A stretch of 64,000 nt of DNA, taken from a virus. Within the stretch, counting starts at the first letter, position 1, and every line of letters starts with the position of its first letter. Below the pieces are notes generated by a model. That model was given only the letters and a program-made list of their open reading frames with translations, did no database searches and was not told where the DNA came from. The position numbers were made by a program, and so were the translations under genes. Where the stretch lies: positions 7,929 through 71,928 of IMG/VR virus record IMGVR_UViG_3300006810_000035; one strand, 5' to 3'. Below, piece by piece: positions 9,568 through 19,606 of the stretch.

Positions 9568-10339
9568 TGGCAAATACATAAAAATGGACAGAGTTATTGA
9601 AAACGTATATAGAGATTACGGGTTTGATAACTTAGATTGGATACATTGTGTAGAATGGATTGGCGAGTGCTTAGATTTAATAGGTGCTCCTTTGACGTAT
9701 ATAAAGAAAGCTACAGATGGTAATGAAAAGTTAGGTCATCAATCACCTGTTGTAATAGAAGATAATAGAGGTAAGATACCTTGTGATTTACACCAAGTTA
9801 TTCAGATATTCAAAAAAGAAAATGGATATTATCATCCAATGAGAACATCTACTGATACTACTCATATATCATATTTTTGTAATGGTAAATCTTCTGATAT
9901 AAATAGAGATAGTGAATATACTTATACTTTAAATGATAATTTTATATTTACAAATTTTGATGAAGGTGAATTAGTTATAGAATATATGGCTAATCCAACA
10001 GATGAAAATGGTTATCCTATGATACCTGACAACATTAAATATATTAAAGCTTGTCAAGCTTATATAGGAGATAAGATATTATTCAAAAAAGAAATTAAAG
10101 GTGTAGATATTAAACCTAGAGTAGTATTAAAGATTGAGCAAGATTTAGCTTGGTACACAGGTGCAGCAGATGCATCAGCTAGAATACCTACTATAGATGA
10201 AATGGAAAGTTGGAAAAATAACTTTATGAAATTAATACCTAATGTTAATTCACATGCTGGAGCATTCAGAAGTGATGGACAAATGGAAAGAAGGTTTAAT
10301 GCATCTAACACTAATGGTAATAATAACAATAGAAGATAA
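9560..10339 (+). CDS. crAss-like tail ring protein (Ttub)
   Basis: EWIGECL..IG, IPCDL and FTNF.EG.L.IEY...PTDENGYPMIPD motifs. Confidence 0.7.
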   Translation: MNNGKYIKMDRVIENVYRDYGFDNLDWIHCVEWIGECLDLIGAPLTYIKKATDGNEKLGHQSPVVIEDNRGKIPCDLHQVIQIFKKENGYYHPMRTSTDTTHISYFCNGKSSDINRDSEYTYTLNDNFIFTNFDEGELVIEYMANPTDENGYPMIPDNIKYIKACQAYIGDKILFKKEIKGVDIKPRVVLKIEQDLAWYTGAADASARIPTIDEMESWKNNFMKLIPNVNSHAGAFRSDGQMERRFNASNTNGNNNNRR

Positions 10340-13300
10340 TGGCTAAAAAGAAGTATACATTTATTGGAGGTATGGATCAGGACACCTCTAAATCTAAAAG
10401 AGGTGATACTAAATACTATAAAGGTACCAACATCAAAGTTCTTACTGAAGAAGGATTATCTTCCGGTAACATTGAGAATGAAGATGGTAACTTATTATCT
10501 TTTGACCTACCTGATACTTTAGGATTCTGGAAGATTAGATTTGATAATCCTGAAAATCCTGATTATGGAAAATTATCTATTACTTATAATTCTACTATAT
10601 ATAGCACAGGAAATGTTAATAGTATAGAGGATTTATATGCAGCTATGCTTATAGCTTTATCTAATTTAGCTACTACTGACTATAAGTTAATTAGAAATGG
10701 AGAGTTTATATATTTAATCCCATTAACTTCTGCTATATCTACTATAGTAGGAGATACTACTGTAGGTAATGATGGATTAAGTACTAACACAGGAACTTAT
10801 GAGGTAGAACCTCAAACTGATTTAAGGATAATAGGATGGACTACTCTTAGAGATGAAGTAATAGTATTTTCTACTAATGAAACATCAGCGACTCCAAATT
10901 CTGCAGGACAGATATGGAAGTTTAGTTATGATCCTATAACAAAGATAATTAATAACATAGGTGCTAACAGTACTCTGACCTTAGCTGATCATCTTATTTA
11001 TAATAATAAGTTGAATTTCTCTACTCATTGGCATATAGGTACAGAGGCTGTTGGACACTATGAAAATTCAAAGACAGGAAGAGTTTATTGGACTGATGAA
11101 TACAATAACCTGAGAACCATCAACGCTTTGGACCCAAACCTATTAGGTTTTTCTCCTGGCGACCTTGATATTAATTCTCAGCTTGATATGAGCATTCCTA
11201 TATTAGACCGTGTGTCTTCAAATGGTTCATTACCAGATGGAGCCACGGTTCAATATTCATATAGACTATTTAATGTTGGTGGAGGAAGTACAGTTTTCTC
11301 ACCTGTAACTAATCCTATTCCTTTAGGGAAATTTGACCCTACATCTAACTCTGCAGGTAATAGACCTTTTGAAGCGGATGGGGATACAACATCTTCAGGA
11401 AATAAATCTGTTACATATAATATAAGTAACATTGATACTTCTTATAATTATATTGAACATATTGCTGTTGTGAGAGTTGGAAGTGCTACAAGCATATATA
11501 AATTTGATGAAGAGGCAGTTCCTTCTGATGGTAATCTAGAAGTTATACATACTGATAAAGGAGATGATATTCCTATTACTCCTGAAGAATTTGCATTCTT
11601 AACTAGGACATTTAAGAGATGTAAGACTATTACTATAAAAGATAAAAGACTTATAGCTGCTAACTTAGATACTTTAGATACTACTGTTGATGGATGGGAT
11701 TCAAGAGCTTATAGATTTAATAGCTCTTATCAAGCATTACTGAATGATAAAGAATTAAGTCCTATTACTCTAGATAACTCAGGAGCTAATACTCCTGCGT
11801 ATGCTTCAGTACCAGAAGAACATGATGTTATTAATCCTTATAATAAAGAACCTCATTTAGATTCTAATGATAATGTGAATACTGCTAACCAGTATAAATT
11901 TCAAGAAGACGGTGTTACTTTAGGTGGTAGTGGACTAAATGTATCTTATAAATTTGTGACTGAGGAAGTGTCTTTAAAAGCTACTGTATCAGGTGCAGGT
12001 AGTTCTGGGTATTCAGTTGATGGTAACTATAATACAATACATTATAATAGATTTAATGCAGCTCCATATAATAATTCTGGATATGTTTCATTAAATGGAG
12101 AAGATAGAGTTGCTCCAGGAGAATATCAAAGTTTCTTATCCCCTGCAATGGTTAATACTTTTAAAGGATATGCTAGAGGTGAAACTTACAGAATGGGAAT
12201 AGTATTCTATGACCTTACAGGAAATCCTTATAATGTTAAATGGATAGGAGATATTAAAGTACCTGAAGCTACAGAAAAAGTAAGTGGTAATTATCCTTAT
12301 AGTGTAACAGGAGATAATATATCTGATAGTAATTTATATGACGGAAACTATCCTATCAAAGGAAAATCTATTGGAGTAGAATTTACTGTTGATGTATCTG
12401 ATTTATTAGGTAAAGTATCTGGATATGAAATTGTTAGAGTAGAAAGAAAAACTCAAGATAGAAGTAGATTAGGTACTGGTATTATGACTAACTTTGGTTT
12501 AACTAATGGTACTTATGGTGGAAGAAGAAGTTTTGCAAAAACAGGTGGTATTTATGCATCAAATAAAATTCCATTATTATATACAGCAACAGGTTTCCAA
12601 GATACTGACCAAATAAATGTAGCTTCAACAGGAACTAAAGCAACTGCTATAATAAATGATGCTCCCGTATTTTTTAATACTGGTGGATTAAGAACAATGG
12701 CAATCATATCTCCTAATAGCATACTAAGAAGGGATAGTGGATATTCTTATAAGTCTGGAGACACTGTAAGAACTCTTGGATTCTATAGAGATATGTATGA
12801 AGCAGGTACGTTGTACCAGAAAAGAAATGCTAATGATTTTAATGGAGATGCTGACAAACTTGTAGCAGGATATAATATTCTAGGAAGAGCTTGGAATACT
12901 TCTGATGCTTGTCAAGAATCCAGAGAAATAACTCAAGAGGAGCAAATGGGAATGGCTGATGTGATTAGTTCAGGATGGAATGGACCTGCTGGATTAGGTG
13001 TAACTCATTTTGCTAACTGCTCTCCTGCTACTACAGGAGAGGATGATCCTGCTGGTGTAGGAGGACAAAAACAAGTTATAGATATTAATGATAGGTTTGA
13101 GTATTACTCTGCAAGTAATTCATTAGCACCTTGGATTTCAAGCAGTAATCCACTACAAACAATTGCTAATGCAGGAGCTTATACTCCTAAAGCAGATACT
13201 ACTCCAATTAACTCTTATTGGTGGAGAGAAATTAGTTATGATAGAACCTTAGCTAATCAATATGGTGGTGATACCTACGAAGCTAGATCAGGAAATGAAT

Positions 13301-14865
13301 ATATTTCTACAGGTACTTATGAACAATTAAAAGAATATTATAATAGTTCTAGAACTATAACAGCTTATGGAGGTGATGTATTTGTTACTATGTTCCATTA
13401 TCAGTTTTATGAAACTAATTATACTAGTTTAAATAAAGGTAACTTCGGTGTTAATGATTATAAGTATCACTTAGGATTTGCAATGCCTTGTGAATCTCCT
13501 ATTAACTGTGATTACTTAGACTCAGGACACTATGCAGATAAATCTGATACTGATTGGTTGAAAGGTTCTAATAGTTGTAGTGATAGTAGTAACGGTAGTA
13601 CTTGTGTAGGAGAAGCTGTATACTCTTTAGGAGACCATTATAGATATGATAATAATGTAAAGAAAATATTTTATCCGCCTGACTTTATAGATAATCTAGT
13701 AGAAGAACATCCCCATAGAATATGGGCATCTGAAACTAAATTAGATGGTGAATTATTAGATAGTTGGAGAGTATGGTTAGTTAATAACTATACAGAAGTA
13801 GAGGGACAATATGGTGAGATTAATAAAATTACTACTATTAAGGATAGATTTTTATTCTATCAAGACAGAGCATTTGGTACAGCATCTATTAATGATAGAT
13901 CTGTAATTAATGATGAAAATGGTGTAGCTTTAACAGTAGGTAGTGGTGGTATATTAGATGACTACGGATACATATCAAGAAACACAGGTACTAAACATAA
14001 ATTCTCAGTGGTTCCTAGTGGAGCTGCTGTACATCACTTTGATGGAATATTAAAGAAATGGATGCAGTACACTGGAGGAGCAATGCCTCTTAGTGATGTT
14101 AAAGGATTGCATTCTCATTTCTTAGGGTACAATAGTTCTCTATTAAGTAGTGATAGAATATTAAATGGTGCAGGTATACACGGTGTATTTGATAGAGTTA
14201 GAAATAAAGTTTACATGACATTCTTAGGAGCTAAACAAGTTATTCAAGCTGGTGGAGATATATCATTAGATAGTGTAGAAAACTTCACTATATGCTTTAA
14301 TGAAGCTATACAAGCTTATGAAAGCTTCTCAAGTTGTGCACCATCATTATGGTTAGAAACAGATGGTAAGCTACTTACCGTTGCTAGACAAGATGAAACT
14401 AGTTCTGTTATTCTACCTGGTGGTGATGCTGATTTATCATTTGTAGATCCAAGAAATAAAGGATACCTACATTATGAAGGTGAGAAGAATAATTACTATG
14501 GTATAGTATATCCTTCTACTTTAGAGATTATACTTAATCCTGCTCAAGATTTATCAACTGTATTTGATTCAATAGAATATAAAGGTGAAATGTTTATAAA
14601 TGATATAGACCAATCAACATTAACACTAGATACTATTCAAGCAGTTAATGATCATCAAGATTCTGGAGTAATCAATTTAACAGTTGGAAACAATGTAATA
14701 AGAAAGCTTAGAAGCTGGAGAACTAATATACCTAGGGATACGTATACTAATAACCCTAGGATGCGTGATTACTTTATTAAATTAGTACTTACTCATACTC
14801 CTGATAATAATGAAAGAATGGTATTACATGATATAATACTTAATTTTAGACCATCACCTAACTAA
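10339..14865 (+). CDS. crAss-like muzzle / tail stabilisation protein (P22 gp10-like)
   Basis: 1508 aa; GGM.QD, VYWTD.YN.LR.IN, KGYARGETYRMGIVFY, YGGDVF, HRI.AS.K..GE..DSW, YGEINKI and RMRD motifs. Confidence 0.8.
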   Translation: MAKKKYTFIGGMDQDTSKSKRGDTKYYKGTNIKVLTEEGLSSGNIENEDGNLLSFDLPDTLGFWKIRFDNPENPDYGKLSITYNSTIYSTGNVNSIEDLYAAMLIALSNLATTDYKLIRNGEFIYLIPLTSAISTIVGDTTVGNDGLSTNTGTYEVEPQTDLRIIGWTTLRDEVIVFSTNETSATPNSAGQIWKFSYDPITKIINNIGANSTLTLADHLIYNNKLNFSTHWHIGTEAVGHYENSKTGRVYWTDEYNNLRTINALDPNLLGFSPGDLDINSQLDMSIPILDRVSSNGSLPDGATVQYSYRLFNVGGGSTVFSPVTNPIPLGKFDPTSNSAGNRPFEADGDTTSSGNKSVTYNISNIDTSYNYIEHIAVVRVGSATSIYKFDEEAVPSDGNLEVIHTDKGDDIPITPEEFAFLTRTFKRCKTITIKDKRLIAANLDTLDTTVDGWDSRAYRFNSSYQALLNDKELSPITLDNSGANTPAYASVPEEHDVINPYNKEPHLDSNDNVNTANQYKFQEDGVTLGGSGLNVSYKFVTEEVSLKATVSGAGSSGYSVDGNYNTIHYNRFNAAPYNNSGYVSLNGEDRVAPGEYQSFLSPAMVNTFKGYARGETYRMGIVFYDLTGNPYNVKWIGDIKVPEATEKVSGNYPYSVTGDNISDSNLYDGNYPIKGKSIGVEFTVDVSDLLGKVSGYEIVRVERKTQDRSRLGTGIMTNFGLTNGTYGGRRSFAKTGGIYASNKIPLLYTATGFQDTDQINVASTGTKATAIINDAPVFFNTGGLRTMAIISPNSILRRDSGYSYKSGDTVRTLGFYRDMYEAGTLYQKRNANDFNGDADKLVAGYNILGRAWNTSDACQESREITQEEQMGMADVISSGWNGPAGLGVTHFANCSPATTGEDDPAGVGGQKQVIDINDRFEYYSASNSLAPWISSSNPLQTIANAGAYTPKADTTPINSYWWREISYDRTLANQYGGDTYEARSGNEYISTGTYEQLKEYYNSSRTITAYGGDVFVTMFHYQFYETNYTSLNKGNFGVNDYKYHLGFAMPCESPINCDYLDSGHYADKSDTDWLKGSNSCSDSSNGSTCVGEAVYSLGDHYRYDNNVKKIFYPPDFIDNLVEEHPHRIWASETKLDGELLDSWRVWLVNNYTEVEGQYGEINKITTIKDRFLFYQDRAFGTASINDRSVINDENGVALTVGSGGILDDYGYISRNTGTKHKFSVVPSGAAVHHFDGILKKWMQYTGGAMPLSDVKGLHSHFLGYNSSLLSSDRILNGAGIHGVFDRVRNKVYMTFLGAKQVIQAGGDISLDSVENFTICFNEAIQAYESFSSCAPSLWLETDGKLLTVARQDETSSVILPGGDADLSFVDPRNKGYLHYEGEKNNYYGIVYPSTLEIILNPAQDLSTVFDSIEYKGEMFINDIDQSTLTLDTIQAVNDHQDSGVINLTVGNNVIRKLRSWRTNIPRDTYTNNPRMRDYFIKLVLTHTPDNNERMVLHDIILNFRPSPN

Positions 14866-14914
14866 ATTGGTGAATGAATATAACTATATTAATTAATAAC
14901 AATACTTAAAAATA

Positions 14915-14946
14915 TTTGTAAGTGTGCGTAACCTACAGTATTTTTG
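14915..14946 (+). promoter_or_regulatory. Bacteroidota-type sigma70 promoter upstream of the cargo operon
   Basis: TTTG at 14915-14918, a 20-nt spacer, then TATTTTTG at 14939-14946. Confidence 0.75.
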
Positions 14947-14964
14947 TAAATTAACTCAATAAAC

Positions 14965-17532
14965 ATGGCAAAGAAAAAATCAATTAACCTTTCTGATCTA
15001 CTTAAAAATTATAGTATTAAAGATGATGTTACTCAAAACCCTAATAAATATGTAATTGGAGGTCAATTACATGCTCCGCAGGGAGGTTATCAAGGAGTTC
15101 AGGGTGCTCCTTTAGCTGGAGCTAGTTCAGGAAGTGGAGGTCCTGGAGTAGGAGCTTATGCTGCTGGAGCTAATATGGCATTAGACATGATTCCTTCAGA
15201 TGCGGGAAAGACTACTATAAATGCACAAGGGGTAGCACAACAAGAAGGGTTAGATACAGGAGATTATATGAAAGGAGTAGGACAAGGTGCTGCTAGTGGA
15301 GCTGCAACTGGAGCTGCATTCGGACCTTGGGGTGCTGCTATTGGAGGGGTTGTTGGAGGAGTAGGGGGATTCTTTTCTTCTAAATCTCAAGATAATGCTA
15401 TCGATGCTAATAATGCTGCTCAGAAACAACAACAGGCTCAAATGGCTAATGGAGGAGAGCTTACTCAATATAATGGTAACACTCACGCTAATGGTGGTAT
15501 ACCAATTGGACAAGGTGCTGAAGTTGAAGATAAAGAAACAAGATGGGAAGATTATATTTTTAGTGAAAGATTAAAAATCCCAGGGAAGAAATATAGTTTT
15601 GCTGATGCTTCTAAAAAGATAGAAGCTAAATATAGTAAAAGAAAAAATGACTCTTACGATAAAAAAGCTAAGGAAAGAGAGATGAAATCTCTTATGGCTA
15701 TGCAAGAATCTGAAAGAGAAAGAATGGATTTAGACCATCAGAATAAAATGAAAGAGACTTTTGCAGCAGGTGGTGATATGAAATATCCTGATGGTGGAGA
15801 ACTTCCAATTAACCCTGATGGAACTTCAAATATTAACCCTTTAAGTTGGAATCAAGTTGCTGCTACTCCTAATGCAGCTCCCAATGCCCCAATGGTTCAG
15901 GGAAGTCAACCAGGTACACCAACTCAATTAAATGAGAAAGATGTAGCAGCAGCTTATGCTGCTCAAGGTAACACTTCTCCTACTTCTATAGGAATGTCAG
16001 GAAACTATGGAAATGATATAAATGTTACTCCTCAGGATACAGTAACTGCTACTGATATTCAAAGTGGTCAAATAGGAAACTATGCTCCTACTGCAGGAAT
16101 GGCTCAAATTCAAAAATGGGGAAATCAAGTAACTAAAAATATTCCAGATAGACAAGGTATAGATGGTAATGTTATTCCTGGAGGAATACAAGTACCTTCT
16201 GCTATGGCAAATAGACGAGCTGAAAATAATAAATATTTAAGCATGTTTCAAAAGAATACTATACAAAGAGCTGCTGATGCTTATGCTGCTCAAGGAGAAG
16301 GGTATGAAGCTTATAAAGGTTTTGTTCCTGGACAACCTCTTCCTGATGACGTAGCATTATCTCCAGAACAGTTAGCTGCATTGTATTCAGATAAACCTGA
16401 AAAATTAGGAAAGTATCATAATTTAATGGAAGAGCAGTTTGCTATAAATGATATTTTAGGAATATCTAACGATGGATTTTTTGGTCCAAAAGAATTAGCA
16501 AGAGAAGGTGAAGGATTGAAATATAAAGTAAGAGAGCAAATGTGGGGACCTAGACATGCTAATTATGATTGGAGTAATCCAGAACGACAAGTGAATTATG
16601 CTAAAGATAGAGTAACTAATCCAGGAGTTAGAGCTTATGGTGGAGAAATCAATCCTTCTACCGGAAGAGTAATGGCTGAGTATGGATTAACTCCAGAACA
16701 ATTATTATTAGCATCCCGAGCTGCTAGTGCTAAAAATGAATCTACGCCACAGCAATTTGCAAATTTAAATAATCTTTCTATCAATGTTCCTAATCAACAA
16801 GGGTTTGGTACAAGTGAAGGAGGCTTTGGTGAAATGGGACAGGGATTTCAATCAGGATTAAATATTCCAAATATAGCATCACAAATTAATAATAATACTA
16901 ATGGTGGGTTAGCCAATGAAAATGATTATAATGTAGGTGTTCCAGAAAAGAAAGGTACAGGACTAAGAGACTTAGGAGTGTTATTAGGACAGAACTTAGG
17001 TAACATTAATAATATAATACAAGGAGCTAAAGGTGCAGAACAAGTTGAATTAGGAAGTATTAATCCTGCTAAAGTGAGTTATAAGGCAGCCATAGCTAAT
17101 GCTAATAGTGCATATGACTCTGCAGCTAATATTGCTAGAGAAAACATTAGAAAGAATGCTACAAGTTCTGGACAAGCATTAAGTAACCTTATTGCTCAGA
17201 ATACTTCTCTTACTAAAGATAGAGCTGCACAAATAGCATCTATAAATGAAAGACAGCAAAATACAAATGCTCAAGCACAAGCTCAAGCTGATCAAACAAA
17301 CTTACAGATGAGAGCTAGAGAAGAGGACCTTAATCAAAGAGGTGACGCTGCTTCACAACAAGCAATGGCTGCAGGACTTACTGGAATAGGTTCATCAATA
17401 GCTGGTTTTAATAAAGATGCTAAGGCTAATAAAATGCAAGATCAATACATTCAGAATCTACTTAATACAGGTCAATACGCAATAGACCCTAAGACTAAGC
17501 AGATTATATTTCTAGGAAACAAAACAGTTTAA
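14965..17532 (+). CDS. Virion cargo/ejection protein 1
   Basis: Gly-zipper TM segment (GAASGAATGAAFGPWGAAIGGVVGG), G.TH..GG...EVE..E...YIFS.RL motif and Q/N/A-rich coiled coil; directly after the muzzle gene. Confidence 0.7.
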   Translation: MAKKKSINLSDLLKNYSIKDDVTQNPNKYVIGGQLHAPQGGYQGVQGAPLAGASSGSGGPGVGAYAAGANMALDMIPSDAGKTTINAQGVAQQEGLDTGDYMKGVGQGAASGAATGAAFGPWGAAIGGVVGGVGGFFSSKSQDNAIDANNAAQKQQQAQMANGGELTQYNGNTHANGGIPIGQGAEVEDKETRWEDYIFSERLKIPGKKYSFADASKKIEAKYSKRKNDSYDKKAKEREMKSLMAMQESERERMDLDHQNKMKETFAAGGDMKYPDGGELPINPDGTSNINPLSWNQVAATPNAAPNAPMVQGSQPGTPTQLNEKDVAAAYAAQGNTSPTSIGMSGNYGNDINVTPQDTVTATDIQSGQIGNYAPTAGMAQIQKWGNQVTKNIPDRQGIDGNVIPGGIQVPSAMANRRAENNKYLSMFQKNTIQRAADAYAAQGEGYEAYKGFVPGQPLPDDVALSPEQLAALYSDKPEKLGKYHNLMEEQFAINDILGISNDGFFGPKELAREGEGLKYKVREQMWGPRHANYDWSNPERQVNYAKDRVTNPGVRAYGGEINPSTGRVMAEYGLTPEQLLLASRAASAKNESTPQQFANLNNLSINVPNQQGFGTSEGGFGEMGQGFQSGLNIPNIASQINNNTNGGLANENDYNVGVPEKKGTGLRDLGVLLGQNLGNINNIIQGAKGAEQVELGSINPAKVSYKAAIANANSAYDSAANIARENIRKNATSSGQALSNLIAQNTSLTKDRAAQIASINERQQNTNAQAQAQADQTNLQMRAREEDLNQRGDAASQQAMAAGLTGIGSSIAGFNKDAKANKMQDQYIQNLLNTGQYAIDPKTKQIIFLGNKTV

Positions 17533-17533
17533 T

Positions 17534-19606
17534 ATGGCAATATCAAGATACTACGGAGCAAAACCTCAAGAGTATGTTTCTCAATTCGTACCTGAGAATT
17601 TAGCTCTAATGCAAAATGCTTTAAATCAAAGACAACAATCTGCAGATAAAACTGCGGATGAAATGGGTTTATATGAAGATGCTTTACTTAATGAAAAAGC
17701 ATTAAAAAAATATGACACAGAGCAATTAGAAAATATACGTTCAGAGTTAGAAGATTTTACTAGTTCTATGAGTAAAAAAGATTTATCTCTTCCTCAAAAT
17801 GCAAGAGAAGTATCTGCATATATGAAAAAGCTTAATAATGATCCTAGACTTCAGAAGATTAGACAAGGTCTAGCCTCAAAAGATAAGTATGATAAAATAA
17901 TAGAGGAATATAAAAAAGATGGAAAGGGATTAAAATATGCTTATGAGAATGATGAATTTATTAGATCATTCACAGATTACATGAATCAAGAAGGAGATGA
18001 TAAAAAGTTTGCAATTGACTTCATAGGTGGAAAAGAAACAATACAAGCAGGAGTTGATATGTATGCTGATAAAGAAAAACACTTTAAAAATATAAGTGCT
18101 TCAGGAAGAGAGACTCTTGATAAGATATCAGATGGAGATATTACTAGATATTTTAAAGAAGGAGCTACAGGAAAATCTTATGATAAAATATTAGAAGTAG
18201 CTAACTCTGAATTTGATGATTATCAAAGATCTCCTGGTGGACAACAAATGTTAAGATGGATTGATACTTATAAACCTGATTTAAAAACTAATGAAGAGAA
18301 ATCTTTGTATATGTTTAAAGACTTTTTAGAGACAGGAAAAAAACAAGTAGGAATGAAGTATACTACTAATAAAGATGTTGCTCTTAATCAATTAGCTAAA
18401 GAAAGAGAAACAAAGCAAGCAGAGAAAGCATATGCTCTTACTCAGAAAGGTAAGACACAAGGGTATTTCGGAGAATATAATAACATAGATGATTTTAATA
18501 GTAAAATAAGATCATTAAAAAATTCAAAAAACCCAGCAGATATTAAACAAGCTGAATACATGGAAGCTCAGAAAGAGTACATGCAAGGTGAGTTTGCTAA
18601 AACATTAACTGGTAAAGATAAGTTAATGGCTGAAGTTACCTCTGATCAGATTATTAAAATGCCACAAGTACTACCTCAGCTACTAAAAGAACTAAGTATA
18701 GCTGCTCAAACAAGAGCTGAAGAATATACACACTTTGGTAATCCAAAAAATGCCACTCCATTCAGAATGCTGGCTGAATATGATGTTGATAATGCATCTC
18801 CAGAACTCCAAAAGAGAATGATGGAGACATATAAGAAACATTTTGATATTGAGAAGTATGCTAAAAAAGCATATGCTAAATTAATTGATGTAGACATAGA
18901 TGATTACAATGAGAAAAGAGATAGTTATATAACAAAAGGTGAGATATTTGAATCTACAGATATCATACTAGGAGCTTCATCAGGTAGTAATTCTACTAGA
19001 ACTAATGTAGCTAATCAATTACAAACTTCTCTGAACAATATAAATTATAATATATTACAAGGTGATGCAGAGATGGATTTGTCAACCATTGCTCCTAATA
19101 TAAATAAAGAATCCATACATTTAACTAGAGGTGTAAATGGAATGGAATTAGCATTTACTTATAAAGATGTAGATGGTATTGATCAAACTACTATTGTTCA
19201 ACCAAAAGGAATGGGTGAATATTACCAAGCAACTACAGATGACTTATATAGAAATTTATCTGGAGGAGATGATGAATTATACAAAGAATTAAGAGATATT
19301 CACATAACAGCATCGTTAAAACCTGTTACTAAGAATAGCACATTATCTCAAAAAGAAGATGTTATAAATAAGGCATTAGAATTAACTTCCATTAATACTG
19401 GAAATGAGCTTATTGTAAATAAAATATCTGATAAATTAAATAATAAATATAAGAACTATTCAAATATAAATATTATAAGATCAGAAAATGGGGTAGAGTT
19501 AGTAGGAACTAAATGGGATGTTGATGGTAACACTGCTAGTATAGTTCTATCTAAAGGAGAGGATGTTCCAGAATTACTTTACGATATAATTAATAAAAAA
19601 TATTAA
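17534..19606 (+). CDS. Virion cargo/ejection protein
   Basis: 690 aa, helical; N-terminal Y.SQFVP motif; cargo operon position. Confidence 0.6.
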   Translation: MAISRYYGAKPQEYVSQFVPENLALMQNALNQRQQSADKTADEMGLYEDALLNEKALKKYDTEQLENIRSELEDFTSSMSKKDLSLPQNAREVSAYMKKLNNDPRLQKIRQGLASKDKYDKIIEEYKKDGKGLKYAYENDEFIRSFTDYMNQEGDDKKFAIDFIGGKETIQAGVDMYADKEKHFKNISASGRETLDKISDGDITRYFKEGATGKSYDKILEVANSEFDDYQRSPGGQQMLRWIDTYKPDLKTNEEKSLYMFKDFLETGKKQVGMKYTTNKDVALNQLAKERETKQAEKAYALTQKGKTQGYFGEYNNIDDFNSKIRSLKNSKNPADIKQAEYMEAQKEYMQGEFAKTLTGKDKLMAEVTSDQIIKMPQVLPQLLKELSIAAQTRAEEYTHFGNPKNATPFRMLAEYDVDNASPELQKRMMETYKKHFDIEKYAKKAYAKLIDVDIDDYNEKRDSYITKGEIFESTDIILGASSGSNSTRTNVANQLQTSLNNINYNILQGDAEMDLSTIAPNINKESIHLTRGVNGMELAFTYKDVDGIDQTTIVQPKGMGEYYQATTDDLYRNLSGGDDELYKELRDIHITASLKPVTKNSTLSQKEDVINKALELTSINTGNELIVNKISDKLNNKYKNYSNINIIRSENGVELVGTKWDVDGNTASIVLSKGEDVPELLYDIINKKY